Source: Thermodesulfobacteriota bacterium (GTDB lineage Bacteria > Desulfobacterota_D > UBA1144 > Nemesobacterales > Mycalebacteriaceae). From it: DNA of 64,000 nucleotides. Positions 31,714 to 41,461 of the stretch are shown here, piece by piece (positions within the stretch are counted from its first letter, which is position 1; every line of letters starts with the position of its first letter). Made by a program: the position numbers and the translations under genes. The notes beneath the pieces were generated by a model, which saw nothing but the letters and a program-made list of their open reading frames with translations, ran no database searches and was not told where the DNA came from. The DNA lies in assembly GCA_965226585.1 (NCBI GenBank), contig OZ245366.1, positions 1,408,001 through 1,472,000 of the forward strand, written 5' to 3'.

Positions 31714-32126
31714 CTATAAGTGTTGAATATCTTGACAAATGCATCAAGGCGCTTGAAACGGGTGTCAAATATTTGGAGCAGGGAACGGATAAAGAGTTGT
31801 ATGAACTTCACCGCGCCGGATGCATAAAGGAGTTTGAACTGATTCTTGAACAGAGCGGCAGTTTGTTGAGAAAGCGTATAAGGGGCTATTTTGCCACAAA
31901 CAAACAGGCGGATAATCTGACCTTCAAAGATGTGTTTCGCCATGCGGCAAAGCACGATTTGATTGACCCCGAAGCCTGCAAAAGGTGGATGAAATACCGC
32001 GACAACCGCAATGACACATCACATAATTACGGCGAAAAGTTTGCCAATGAGACCCTGAAGCTTCTGCCCGTTTTTATTGAGGACGCAAAGTCTCTTTCAA
32101 AAACTATTGGAGAGCAGGAAAAATGA
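31710..32126 (+). CDS. HEPN toxin (HI0074/HepT-like nucleotidyltransferase substrate-binding family)
   Basis: IKEFE, RNDTSHNY (RX4HXY). Confidence 0.85.
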   Translation: MTISVEYLDKCIKALETGVKYLEQGTDKELYELHRAGCIKEFELILEQSGSLLRKRIRGYFATNKQADNLTFKDVFRHAAKHDLIDPEACKRWMKYRDNRNDTSHNYGEKFANETLKLLPVFIEDAKSLSKTIGEQEK

Positions 32127-32437
32127 CTACAAGTCTGGAATTAGAGCAAAGTTACAGAGAAGACATTGAAAGTATTATCAGGCAACATTTGCCCGGTGTT
32201 GAAGTTTGGGCTTACGGAAGCAGAATAAACGGCGAGAGCCATGAAGGAAGCGACTTGGATCTTGTGCTGAGAACAAAAGACCTCAGCCCCGTTGATTATG
32301 ACGACTTCCTCGCCCTCAAGGAATCCCTGACCGAGTCCTCTATCCCTTTCCTTGTTGAAGTCCGCGACTGGGCGCGGCTTCCGGAAAGTTTTCACAGTGA
32401 GATTAAAAAAGAATATGTCGTTTTTATTGAGCGATGA
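32123..32437 (+). CDS. Minimal nucleotidyltransferase antitoxin (MntA-like)
   Basis: YGSRINGESHEGSDLD (GSX10DXD); ATGA-coupled to the HEPN gene. Confidence 0.87.
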   Translation: MTTSLELEQSYREDIESIIRQHLPGVEVWAYGSRINGESHEGSDLDLVLRTKDLSPVDYDDFLALKESLTESSIPFLVEVRDWARLPESFHSEIKKEYVVFIER

Positions 32438-32617
32438 AAATTCTCAAAGTGAGGGATTTGACTCAGGCAACACCCCATTGGGAAGGTTCTTGCGAAGAGA
32501 CTCGCAAAGACCTTTGGAGTTTGACTATCGGAGATTGCTTTAGTTCAGAGAGTATTTTACAATCAAAGTTTTTTGTACGAGGAACACTCACAAAACCTTT
32601 ACCTAGGAGAATAAACA

Positions 32618-32968
32618 ATGGCACAAATGTTTCCACTACTAACTGAAGAGCAGAAAGAAGAGAGAAGGAAAAAGGCAGTTCAAGAACAAAAATGGGGAGT
32701 CCGTGCCGAACTTGAGATATATAGCAAACTTCAAGAGTTGTCCGATGAATATACGGTTTGGTACGAAAAGGATTTAGGCTACGAAGACAACAAGAGAGAG
32801 ATTGATTTTATCATTTTCCACAGATTGTACGGTTTATGGGTAATAGAAACCAAAGATTGGAATTTAAGTACTATCAGGGAATGGGATGATAGTGAATGTA
32901 AGATAGAAACTCCGAATGGTGAAAGATCTCTAATGATTGACAGAAAAACTGTTGTATATCAACAGTAA
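32618..32968 (+). pseudogene. Truncated NERD nuclease-domain gene
   Basis: EIDFII...GLWVIETKDW NERD-like motif; stops before the rest of the domain; AGGAG SD upstream. Confidence 0.6.
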
Positions 32969-32990
32969 AAATCTGGCGGAAAATTTTATA

Positions 32991-35528
32991 ATGTGGCTCA
33001 AATTAAAAAATAACCTGTACTCAATCAAAACATTTTGGGCCATGCAAAACTGGTTTAATAACAAAGTTATTGGTTGGTTTTGGAAGACTGCATACAAAAT
33101 TAGTTACAGTTTCACTCAACTCAATGAAAAAAGTCAAATCTTTTGCCTTACATTACCGTCTTTTCTCAGACTCATATTATGCTCAGCGTTTATAGTTTGC
33201 ATCTTGATTTTTATTGGAAAATATGAGTATTACCTTCCAGTAGGACTTCAAAAAGATTCTGGTGTTAACGCCGAACATTTTCTAATCGGCATAGCGAGCA
33301 TATCCGGAATATTCCTTGGCTTATATTTTACTGCCATTTCAAGCATTACGAGCAACTACCTGCTACGTGCACCTCAAAATGTCAAAAACTTCTTTCTTTT
33401 TGATCCGCGAGGAAGGCAGTATGTTCAAATAATAAAAATTACTGCGGTAACCAGTATCTTTTGCATTGTAGCGTCAAAACTTAATGTTCTGCAAGTTGGT
33501 CCGCCAGTATTGATATTGCTTTCTATCTTTACTATTTACATTGTGTCTCGATTGTGGGGTGTAGGAGTTGATACATTTAATGCATTAGAACCGCAGAATG
33601 CTTTGCGCTGGATTACCAGAGACATCTTTCATTCTATTAAAAATGTCACACCTTCAAGCTTTCAATGGAAACAACCTGCAATACAACATCATCACAGAAA
33701 ACTTACAATGGCAAAGATTGACCTTGCAAAAAATTTAATTTTATTTGGAAACGAAGAGATGAAAATCTCCAACGATCAATTAATTGCCACACTAATACAT
33801 TTGAGTAGGGTGTTATACCACTACCCTGATTTCAGAAAACAAATTCCAACAAACAGTTTTTGGTACGAAGCAAAGATTCAATTTCAAGATTGGGATATCT
33901 CCACATCCTTTGAAATACTAATCGCCTTACAAACAGGAACACCTCTCAGTCCAAAGACTACAAAAAATTATATATGGCTCGAAGAGAAAATCCTTGATAT
34001 TGTAGTAACAGTTCTCAACAACTTCTCCGAGAAAAAAGAGCACGAGATGTTTTTAGAAGGCTACGGTATTTTTGTAAATGTTGTAGAAAAATATGGAAAA
34101 TCTTTTGATAAAGAAAGCATTCAAGTATTTTTTGACAATCTAGACAACAATGCCGGAGAATTTATATATTCAGACAATACAGGCAAAAACCTTAAGCAAA
34201 CAGAAACGAGTAAAGTAGCCCTTGCAGATACGCAGGGAAGGTTAGGCATTACACCCCTTATGGGATTGCTAAGCCACCTTGCAAACCATGGCAATATTGA
34301 ACAAGTAATTACAAATATCAAATGGGATAACCGAAGCAGTATATACAGGTCAGGGTTACCTTATGCGATTCTAGCAGAAATAGAGATTCTTTCTGAACAA
34401 TTGAGAAATGAAAAAATGATTGAGGGATACTATGTATCTACACAATGGTATATAAAAATGCTCTGCGTGCAGAAATATTTATTCTGCCTCCAACAATATT
34501 TTGAATACTTGAAATCACTACATGCTGATTTCTTTCAGACAAAGGTTGACGAGTTAATTAAACATCAACAATGGATTGCTGCGGCTCAATTAATGACAAG
34601 ATGGACGGAATTTTCTAGTAAATATTCTCATCTTGTCAATTCCATGCATAAACATTTTGAAGACTTATCAAAGTTTAGGTATGTCAAAGACTTGACTTGG
34701 CCAGAATTTGATATAAACAATGAAGTCCAAATTGCATCTACGAGAAAAAAAGAAATATCAGATTGTTTCATACAGTTACTACCTGAAATTGAGAAAATAG
34801 AGAAAAGAGATTACTTACCTGACTATTTTGGGCAAGCAATGGTTTCTGGATTTGAGGCATGCTATGAATCCTGTGAAGAAAATGATGTAGAACGACTTAA
34901 ACGAATACTCCCAATAGTTTTCTCTATGTCTTCCTCTGCCTGTAAAAGAACACTCCAAAAAGTCCAAAATTGGAACAACGAAGAAAGCAAGTATATTTAT
35001 GCTACAGAACCAATAATTAATCTTGTTGAGCTCAGCGGCTACATAAAATTATACGCAGAATTATACCAAAACTCTGAATTATGGGAAGTCATCAAAAAGT
35101 GTTGGGTTTTGTATTTTCAAATACCAGAGATAGATACCAAAACAATGATTAAAGCCTTAGCAGAAATAACTAATAATTGCAACATGAATTTGATAGCCAG
35201 ACCACAACAAGAACTAAGAGCGCAATGGAAACAATCTTTCTGTGAAGTATTACAAAAGAAAGGTCTGATATCCATACCTTCGGATCACAACATCTTCGGC
35301 TTTTCAGATGAAAAAACAACATCTAAACACCCAAGTTCATTAATTAGAGTTGTAAGTCCTTTGCACGGATCGTTCGGGATTACTTTAGGACAGGAAGTAT
35401 TCATAATGACATATCTTTCAAACCACAAAGATGCAGAAGAGGTAGAATTCTTCAACAAAGTTCCCCTTAAAGAACTTATCCACAGAGAAGAAGAGAAAAA
35501 TGGCAATCAACAACAAAACAATGAATAA
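32991..35528 (+). CDS. Large hypothetical protein with N-terminal multi-pass membrane region
   Basis: About four hydrophobic segments (e.g. FLIGIASISGIFLGLYFTAIS) then a long helical soluble region; AT-rich; start uncertain (TTG 32937 or ATG 32991). Confidence 0.7.
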   Translation: MWLKLKNNLYSIKTFWAMQNWFNNKVIGWFWKTAYKISYSFTQLNEKSQIFCLTLPSFLRLILCSAFIVCILIFIGKYEYYLPVGLQKDSGVNAEHFLIGIASISGIFLGLYFTAISSITSNYLLRAPQNVKNFFLFDPRGRQYVQIIKITAVTSIFCIVASKLNVLQVGPPVLILLSIFTIYIVSRLWGVGVDTFNALEPQNALRWITRDIFHSIKNVTPSSFQWKQPAIQHHHRKLTMAKIDLAKNLILFGNEEMKISNDQLIATLIHLSRVLYHYPDFRKQIPTNSFWYEAKIQFQDWDISTSFEILIALQTGTPLSPKTTKNYIWLEEKILDIVVTVLNNFSEKKEHEMFLEGYGIFVNVVEKYGKSFDKESIQVFFDNLDNNAGEFIYSDNTGKNLKQTETSKVALADTQGRLGITPLMGLLSHLANHGNIEQVITNIKWDNRSSIYRSGLPYAILAEIEILSEQLRNEKMIEGYYVSTQWYIKMLCVQKYLFCLQQYFEYLKSLHADFFQTKVDELIKHQQWIAAAQLMTRWTEFSSKYSHLVNSMHKHFEDLSKFRYVKDLTWPEFDINNEVQIASTRKKEISDCFIQLLPEIEKIEKRDYLPDYFGQAMVSGFEACYESCEENDVERLKRILPIVFSMSSSACKRTLQKVQNWNNEESKYIYATEPIINLVELSGYIKLYAELYQNSELWEVIKKCWVLYFQIPEIDTKTMIKALAEITNNCNMNLIARPQQELRAQWKQSFCEVLQKKGLISIPSDHNIFGFSDEKTTSKHPSSLIRVVSPLHGSFGITLGQEVFIMTYLSNHKDAEEVEFFNKVPLKELIHREEEKNGNQQQNNE

Positions 35529-36531
35529 TTCCATTAAACAACTTGGGAGCAGAATCCAATCTTTCTTGAAAGATCCTTTTTTTCTAAGGCGTTGGGATAT
35601 TTCGCAGAGTCACAATAATGACTACAAGTATACTTCTGTATACATAGGTCGACATGACAGAAAAGCAACAGACATTAATTTCCATGCCCAGAGGTTCATT
35701 GAAGATATGTGCAATGGACTAATGCCCTTTACTTTCAACAAGGAAAGTAGAGAAAAATACCCAGCAACTACCAATCCTCCCTCAAAAGAGAAAGAATTTC
35801 TTATTGCTAATGGAATAAGAAAAGATGAATACACCGGAACTCTTGAGGATGAGCTCTGTGATTTTGTTAGACTTACGGCAAAAAATTTGCTTACTCACGG
35901 AGTTGCCATTTACGAAATCGGCTATAAAAAAGATAAAAACAACAAAATAGACAAATTTAGATTGAAACCAATACTTCCATTTAGATTAATGAGATTCATG
36001 AACAACTACTATCAATTTGTCCTCTGGAAAGATGCAAAAAGATTAAGTACTAAAGTGCAAATTCTGAAGATACCAGCCCAAAATGTCTTGCGCATAGACT
36101 TTCCGAACAGTTACGGTGGAAAAAGAAAACTTTTAAGATCTATAAAACGTATTGCATACTTGAGCAAGCAGAGAACCCCAAAATTCTCGACGCAAAACAT
36201 AAGATTCAATATGAATGATTATTTTCAAACACGACATCTGGAAATGGCTAAAATAACAAGGGGATTTGGATGGGACAATCTTTTATATCCTAATAGCCTT
36301 ACTGAATACTACACTATTTCATTATTCCTCAAGAAGAAAAAGTTTGAGGCAACAATCAGAAATTTGATAATTTCCAACCTTAATGAGGTGTTAAGTAGAA
36401 AGCCTCTTGACTTAAACGTAGAAGTGACAATGAAAAACTTGTTTACTGTTGAAGATGTAGATGAGCAACAGAAAAAATTGGAAAGTGGCAACATAAAATT
36501 TATTGACATACTCAACTCTCTAAAAATATAA
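35500..36531 (+). CDS. Hypothetical protein (segment resembles phage portal proteins)
   Basis: Overlaps upstream gene end; NLLTHGVAIYEI...LKPILP...IPAQNVLRI. Confidence 0.6.
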   Translation: MAINNKTMNNSIKQLGSRIQSFLKDPFFLRRWDISQSHNNDYKYTSVYIGRHDRKATDINFHAQRFIEDMCNGLMPFTFNKESREKYPATTNPPSKEKEFLIANGIRKDEYTGTLEDELCDFVRLTAKNLLTHGVAIYEIGYKKDKNNKIDKFRLKPILPFRLMRFMNNYYQFVLWKDAKRLSTKVQILKIPAQNVLRIDFPNSYGGKRKLLRSIKRIAYLSKQRTPKFSTQNIRFNMNDYFQTRHLEMAKITRGFGWDNLLYPNSLTEYYTISLFLKKKKFEATIRNLIISNLNEVLSRKPLDLNVEVTMKNLFTVEDVDEQQKKLESGNIKFIDILNSLKI

Positions 36532-36645
36532 ATTTTCAAGGTTCTATCCTACAACCCTTTTTTAGACTCTGCGACTTTAAACATCATGATTTCAACTCTT
36601 CTCATTCCCCAATTTCCTCAACAAACAGAAAACCAACCCACCACT

Positions 36646-36987
36646 CTACTCTACCCCAACCCCCTTCAAATACCTCTTAACCCTCTCTCCGTCCTCACTT
36701 TCCTTATCCCCTTTGAAATACAGTTCAATAAACTCCACTTTCTCCTCAACCTCAACATACGCATAGATGATACGAAGCGATGACCCTTTCAGATACCTGC
36801 ATGATAAACGCGCCTTTACGATACTCACATCCCCGGCATACAAAATCTTGAAATGCTTGCGCCCATTCCCAAGCGGGGCAACGGAAACAACCTTACGAAA
36901 TTCTTCCATATCATCAGCAAGAGACTTGTATTTCTTTGCAAGCCGCCGGAACTCCTTACGAAATTCCGGCAGTTCTCTAAAGTTCAT
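36646..36987 (-). CDS. RelE/HigB-like toxin
   Basis: PEFRKEFRRLAKKY, KARL, LRIIYAY, IELYFKGDK. Confidence 0.7.
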   Translation of the reverse strand: MNFRELPEFRKEFRRLAKKYKSLADDMEEFRKVVSVAPLGNGRKHFKILYAGDVSIVKARLSCRYLKGSSLRIIYAYVEVEEKVEFIELYFKGDKESEDGERVKRYLKGVGVE

Positions 36988-37747
36988 CGTCGCCGTAATC
37001 TCTCACGGAATACTTTTCATCACGGTAAAAAACGCTCTCATAAGATATCTGCTCGCCGTCTCCGGCAGTTTTCCAAGGGATATCACCGTGCGAGTAATGC
37101 GCCATCTCTGTTGCGCTTTTGTCGGAAAGGCGGGTGAGAACATCGTCAATATGCTTAACTTCCCGCCCCGAAAGAATACTGAGGTCGGGGCGTTTGAGCG
37201 CAAGGTATTTCTTCTGGGTTTTACCGAAATAACTCACCTTCACTTTTTTCACCTCACCCTCTTTTGCCATCTCCCCTACTATCTTTGTAAAACCAGCCGA
37301 TGTGGGACCGTGCGTGTTCTTTATGTAGGTCGCCCCCATCAGGCTTTCCTCAAACTTCTCGTAGTAATCAAAATCAATGAAATACAAAAGTTTATGCAAA
37401 ACGGTCTCCCCGACATTCGGCTTACTGCCAACCTCGCAAAGCACATAGAGCAAAACCTGTTTGAATTTTTCAGCGTTCTGCCGGGTAACGCGAATCTGCG
37501 CCCCGTATTCATGCGCATCCTCAGATTCCTCAACAATAAACTTCGGCTCCGTCTCCTTCTGCGCGATTAAACTCTCTACCGGCATACCGAAAACCCCGGC
37601 AATCTTCCCCGCTTCGGCAAGCGTAATATCGCGTTTGCCGCTCTCTATCTGGCTGTAAGTCTGTCGGGTTATCCCCACCTCAGACGCAACCTGCCCCTGA
37701 GTCATATCCCTCTTAACCCTCTGCTCTTTTATAAATTCAGCAACCAT
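36977..37747 (-). CDS. XRE-HTH + DUF4065 (Panacea/SocA-like) antitoxin
   Basis: N-terminal MTQGQVA..VGITRQTYSQIESG; LHKLLYFIDF, HGP, SH.DIPW. Confidence 0.82.
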   Translation of the reverse strand: MVAEFIKEQRVKRDMTQGQVASEVGITRQTYSQIESGKRDITLAEAGKIAGVFGMPVESLIAQKETEPKFIVEESEDAHEYGAQIRVTRQNAEKFKQVLLYVLCEVGSKPNVGETVLHKLLYFIDFDYYEKFEESLMGATYIKNTHGPTSAGFTKIVGEMAKEGEVKKVKVSYFGKTQKKYLALKRPDLSILSGREVKHIDDVLTRLSDKSATEMAHYSHGDIPWKTAGDGEQISYESVFYRDEKYSVRDYGDDEL

Positions 37748-37781
37748 TGCCCACTCCGTAAAACATTATCGGAACAATGGA

Positions 37782-37825
37782 AATGTAGATGATGTTAAAA
37801 ATTATGTCAACGGCAATGTTAAAAA
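37782..37825 (-). promoter_or_regulatory. Sigma70-type promoter with 12-bp-period direct repeats
   Basis: Minus strand TTGACA(37810-37805)-17-TACATT(37787-37782); ATGTYAA at 37792, 37804, 37816. Confidence 0.6.
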
Positions 37826-37879
37826 ATACAAACACGCCCTTACATGGCAACACTTCGAAATCTATTGGCGGGAAATGTG

Positions 37880-37962
37880 CGGAGGGCGAGGGATTCGAAC
37901 CCCCAAGTCCGTGAGGACGCCTGTTTTCAAGACAGGTGCATTAGCCGTTCTGCCAGCCCTCC
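37880..37962 (-). tRNA. tRNA-Ser (TGA), CCA not encoded
   Basis: GGAGGGC/GCCCTCC acceptor, CCTGT-CTTGAAA-ACAGG anticodon arm, variable arm GTCC-TCAC-GGAC, GGTTCGAATC. Confidence 0.95.
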
Positions 37963-37995
37963 AGAGTGGAAACTATACGCGCTTTGCGGAAAATG

Positions 37996-39651
37996 TCAGA
38001 CCGGCGCGGGGGACTTGGCTTCCTCTTTAAGCATCGGAAGATACTTGCCGCCAAGCATTATACTGCCCGCGCCCGCGCCGCTTAACAGCCTGTCAACCAT
38101 ATACTCCCTGTCCGCGCCCACTATGTTCACGCCGTGGTCGCTCTCAACCAGGCAGAGAAGCTTCATGCCGCTGTCCGCCGCTGAACTGTCCGCCGCTTTG
38201 TAAACTGCGGCGTAATTAAGCAAAGCCGCCTCAACCGTTCCGCACGGAAGTGACGGATTGTCTGCGCCTTCACAAACCTCTCCGTTCTCAAACCACTTGG
38301 GAGACGGATAGCCGTGAAAATGCAGTATGGACATCCCCTCCTTCTCAACCATCTCGGGCATGTAAAGGGCGAAGGAAAACGCCTGCGCCAGAATTACAAA
38401 AGTGTCAAAAGACGGGCGTATGTCGCGGCGCGAAAGGTCGGTTCCGGCGGGTATCTGAAGGTGAAGCTGTCCGTTGATAATCCCTATCCGCACAATATCC
38501 GTCATCGGGTCAAGATCGGTTTTGTCGCAACCCGAACGCGAAGTTACCGTCCACAGGTCGGGTATCTGCCTGAAAAACTCGCCGCCCGCAAAACGGAGCC
38601 GGATATACCACCTGCCGGCGGGAGACTCTCTGACGTCCGTAAGCCCCTTTACCGGTGCAAATCCGTTCCATTCCGCCTCCGTCACATCTCTCTCCCCCGT
38701 GTACACGGGAGGCTCCATAATCGCTATAAACCCGTACGAAACACCCGTTCTGCCGTCAAGTATGTTGCTGAGCACATCGCGGTGCGAGGCGCGCCGTATC
38801 CGCTCGCTGAACCTGTAACCCTTAGGGAAAAGCCCGGTCGGTTTCACCATTCTGCCGAGCGCGGCAAGGGCGGAGGTGTTTCCGTTCAAAGACGGGTCAA
38901 AATCCGTTATCTTGAATCTGCTCAAAATGGGCGGCTTTATCGGCGCGTATATCTTCGGCACAAGAGAGTTGAGAACAAAACCGTCAAGCTGTTCATGCCC
39001 GTAAACCGAGTCGGAAAGATTCATGTTGATGATGGCAAAATTCTTGTCGGAAACACCGATAACAATCTCAGACATCGTTCCTATCAGGTGGCTCAGCCCT
39101 ATCTCTATCTTTATGTCATAAGTCGTTTCTGAGTCTTCAAACTCGCGCTCAAGAGGCACTATCGTTATAACCTGAGTGCTGAAAGGGTCTTGAATGTATT
39201 TCTGCGTAAAATCGTCCGCCCAGCCGCTTATCTTGAGTATCTCCATCACAGACCTTCCGGGCTTTCTCACAAATCCGTAGATGCTCTCTGCAACCGCGCT
39301 GAGCAATCGCCGCAGAGCGGAGGGATTGCGCTTTATATCCACAACGGCGTTTATCTCCCTCTTCACCCTTCGTATCTTGAACACGCGGGAGAAGATGCCG
39401 AAAGCGTCATCCTGAACAGTCGCGTCATGCCACGGCACAACCGTTACTCCGAGCCGCTCGAGACTGCTTCTGAGACTGTCTGAAAAAGAGCGGAGATTTG
39501 TGTTTGGATACCTTTTCGGAACGGGGCGGAAAGCCACCTTCACATTTGCCGCCATCTCGCAAGGGTCGGTCGGGTTCGAGAGATGCCGCAGGCGCGGCAT
39601 TCCCGTAAGAGAAACTATTGTTTTAAGGTCAAGGTCGGCTATTTTGCCCAT
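37996..39651 (-). CDS. Hypothetical protein with possible C-terminal class II aldolase-like metal site
   Basis: 551-aa ORF; HFH...PCGT...DHG spacing. Confidence 0.6.
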   Translation of the reverse strand: MGKIADLDLKTIVSLTGMPRLRHLSNPTDPCEMAANVKVAFRPVPKRYPNTNLRSFSDSLRSSLERLGVTVVPWHDATVQDDAFGIFSRVFKIRRVKREINAVVDIKRNPSALRRLLSAVAESIYGFVRKPGRSVMEILKISGWADDFTQKYIQDPFSTQVITIVPLEREFEDSETTYDIKIEIGLSHLIGTMSEIVIGVSDKNFAIINMNLSDSVYGHEQLDGFVLNSLVPKIYAPIKPPILSRFKITDFDPSLNGNTSALAALGRMVKPTGLFPKGYRFSERIRRASHRDVLSNILDGRTGVSYGFIAIMEPPVYTGERDVTEAEWNGFAPVKGLTDVRESPAGRWYIRLRFAGGEFFRQIPDLWTVTSRSGCDKTDLDPMTDIVRIGIINGQLHLQIPAGTDLSRRDIRPSFDTFVILAQAFSFALYMPEMVEKEGMSILHFHGYPSPKWFENGEVCEGADNPSLPCGTVEAALLNYAAVYKAADSSAADSGMKLLCLVESDHGVNIVGADREYMVDRLLSGAGAGSIMLGGKYLPMLKEEAKSPAPV

Positions 39652-39679
39652 TTCAACTCCAGGTTAATTAACTCCGGCT

Positions 39680-40426
39680 TCACTGCCCGGCGGTCGCCTC
39701 GCTCTCAAGGCGTTTTTCCACCTCTTCAAGCATCGCGCCCCGAACGGCGTGTCCTATCTCTTCCATCCCCTCTCTGCCCGGCGAGTAATCCGAAGGGCGA
39801 AACGGGGGCAGAAACTCTACCGTCATCTCCCCGCCCGTGCTCACAAACTGCCCGCTCTTCTTTTTCACGTTCTTTCCTCCCCAGATTATCATCGGAACCA
39901 CCGGAACACCGGACAATCCGGCAAGCATAAATCCGCCCTTTTTGAAGTCAAGAAGCCGTCCGCTTTCACTGCGCGTGCCCTCAGGGGCAAGCACAACCGA
40001 GTGCCCCTTCCGGCGTATTCCGCGCGCCATCGCTTTCAACTGCTTTGAATCGCCGCTCCCTCCGTCACGCGACACAAAATAGTGTCCGGCAGCCTGTGAA
40101 ACCCAGCCGACAAAGGGAATCTTCGCAACTTCTTCTTTCATAACAAGTTTGTAGTCGCACCGCTCAACCGGCAGAGAAGCAACAAGCGCCGGGATGTCGA
40201 GAGAACTTTGATGATTGTACATTATAACAGACGTTTCGTGCGGAACATTTTCAACCCCCCGCACCTCAAGCGACACTCCGCAACACATAAGCACGGCTTT
40301 TCCCCACGGGCGGACGGCGCCGCGTATAACAAACCCCGGAGCCAGAAAAGACAAAATCAAACCCGCGATTCCAAACACAAAAGTCGCAACCGCTGAAAAT
40401 ATTAAGGCGAAGACGCTCTTTATCAT
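39680..40426 (-). CDS. plsC: 1-acyl-sn-glycerol-3-phosphate acyltransferase family
   Basis: NHQSSLD, PEGTRS, FKKGGF. Confidence 0.88.
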   Translation of the reverse strand: MIKSVFALIFSAVATFVFGIAGLILSFLAPGFVIRGAVRPWGKAVLMCCGVSLEVRGVENVPHETSVIMYNHQSSLDIPALVASLPVERCDYKLVMKEEVAKIPFVGWVSQAAGHYFVSRDGGSGDSKQLKAMARGIRRKGHSVVLAPEGTRSESGRLLDFKKGGFMLAGLSGVPVVPMIIWGGKNVKKKSGQFVSTGGEMTVEFLPPFRPSDYSPGREGMEEIGHAVRGAMLEEVEKRLESEATAGQ

Positions 40427-40460
40427 CCGCTGTGTAGATTACACCCGCCGCCGCGCCGTT

Positions 40461-41360
40461 TCAAGAAAGAAAACCCTCAGGCGAAAGCACTCTCAGCGCG
40501 CCCTTGCGGACAGAAACCTCATGCCTTCCCGCTTTCAGAACAAATGGCTCTCCGTCCATATGGGCGGGAAGGTCTCTTGAGGTTTCAAACTCCGCCCTTT
40601 CGGTCTGAATTCTCTCCATCCATCCGCCGCCCCCGCCGCCCGCGGCAACAGAAAGAAGGCGCGCAATCCTCACCGGGGCGCGCATGTCAAAGGCAAAATG
40701 GAAATCAAGAAGCCCGTCATCGGGCTTTGCCGAAGGAGAAATTTTGAAACCCCCTTGGCTCGCCCCGTTTGAAACGCCCATAAAAAGACACCGCCCCTCC
40801 ACATTGCGCCCTGAAGCAGTCGCCATTGCGGGAAAACCCTCAAACGAGAACGCCTGCGCGACTGCGGCGGCAAGGTATCCGGCAAAACCGCCTAAAAATC
40901 TGTAGCGGGGAAAACAGTCCGCTATCGCCCCGTCCATCCCTATGCCCAGCCCGTTTATGAACATCTTTCCGTCAAGTGTGCCGGCGTCAACGTTCATGCA
41001 TTTGCCCGTAATGGCGGTTTCAAGCGCGGCGGAAAGAGAGGGGGGAATGGAGCACGCGGAGGGAAAATCGTTTCCGCTTCCGCGAGGGATGATTGCGAAT
41101 TTCACATGAGTTCCGGCAACTTGCGCCGCAATCTCGCTTGAAGTTCCGTCTCCCCCCACAGACACGATGGTGGAAAAGCCCTCTCTCACCCCTTGGGCGG
41201 CGATAATGCCGGCGTCTCCGGGGGCGGTGGTGGGGCGAATCTCAAAACCCACGTCTTTTGAGTGGCAGAAAACCGATATTGTGTCGTCAATGCCGCCGCC
41301 TCTGCGGTTTCCGGAAGCGGGGTTGACTATAAAAAGATGGGATAGAGAGTTTGCCGTCAC
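40461..41360 (-). CDS. Diacylglycerol/lipid kinase family (YegS/DgkB-like)
   Basis: IVNPASG, GGDGT, PRGSGNDF, DGE; start placed at GTG 41360. Confidence 0.88.
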   Translation of the reverse strand: MTANSLSHLFIVNPASGNRRGGGIDDTISVFCHSKDVGFEIRPTTAPGDAGIIAAQGVREGFSTIVSVGGDGTSSEIAAQVAGTHVKFAIIPRGSGNDFPSACSIPPSLSAALETAITGKCMNVDAGTLDGKMFINGLGIGMDGAIADCFPRYRFLGGFAGYLAAAVAQAFSFEGFPAMATASGRNVEGRCLFMGVSNGASQGGFKISPSAKPDDGLLDFHFAFDMRAPVRIARLLSVAAGGGGGGWMERIQTERAEFETSRDLPAHMDGEPFVLKAGRHEVSVRKGALRVLSPEGFLS

Positions 41361-41461
41361 AGTTGAACTATAACAGAAAGGCACTTGATAAAAACTCCGC
41401 TCTTGTGTAGAAATATGCCTTGCGCTCCGCCTCCCGCGGACGCGCCGTGAGGGAGAACTTA

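Noticed and set aside
32434..32646. 70-aa ORF coupled to the MNT gene, and GAGGGATT as a possible att copy of the tRNA-Ser 3' end
   Set aside because: No recognisable protein motif; the 8-nt match is too short to call an att site
36586..36720. Pyrimidine-rich stretch faintly resembling the serS tail region
   Set aside because: Explained by purine-rich codons at the toxin gene end; no colinear codon match to serS
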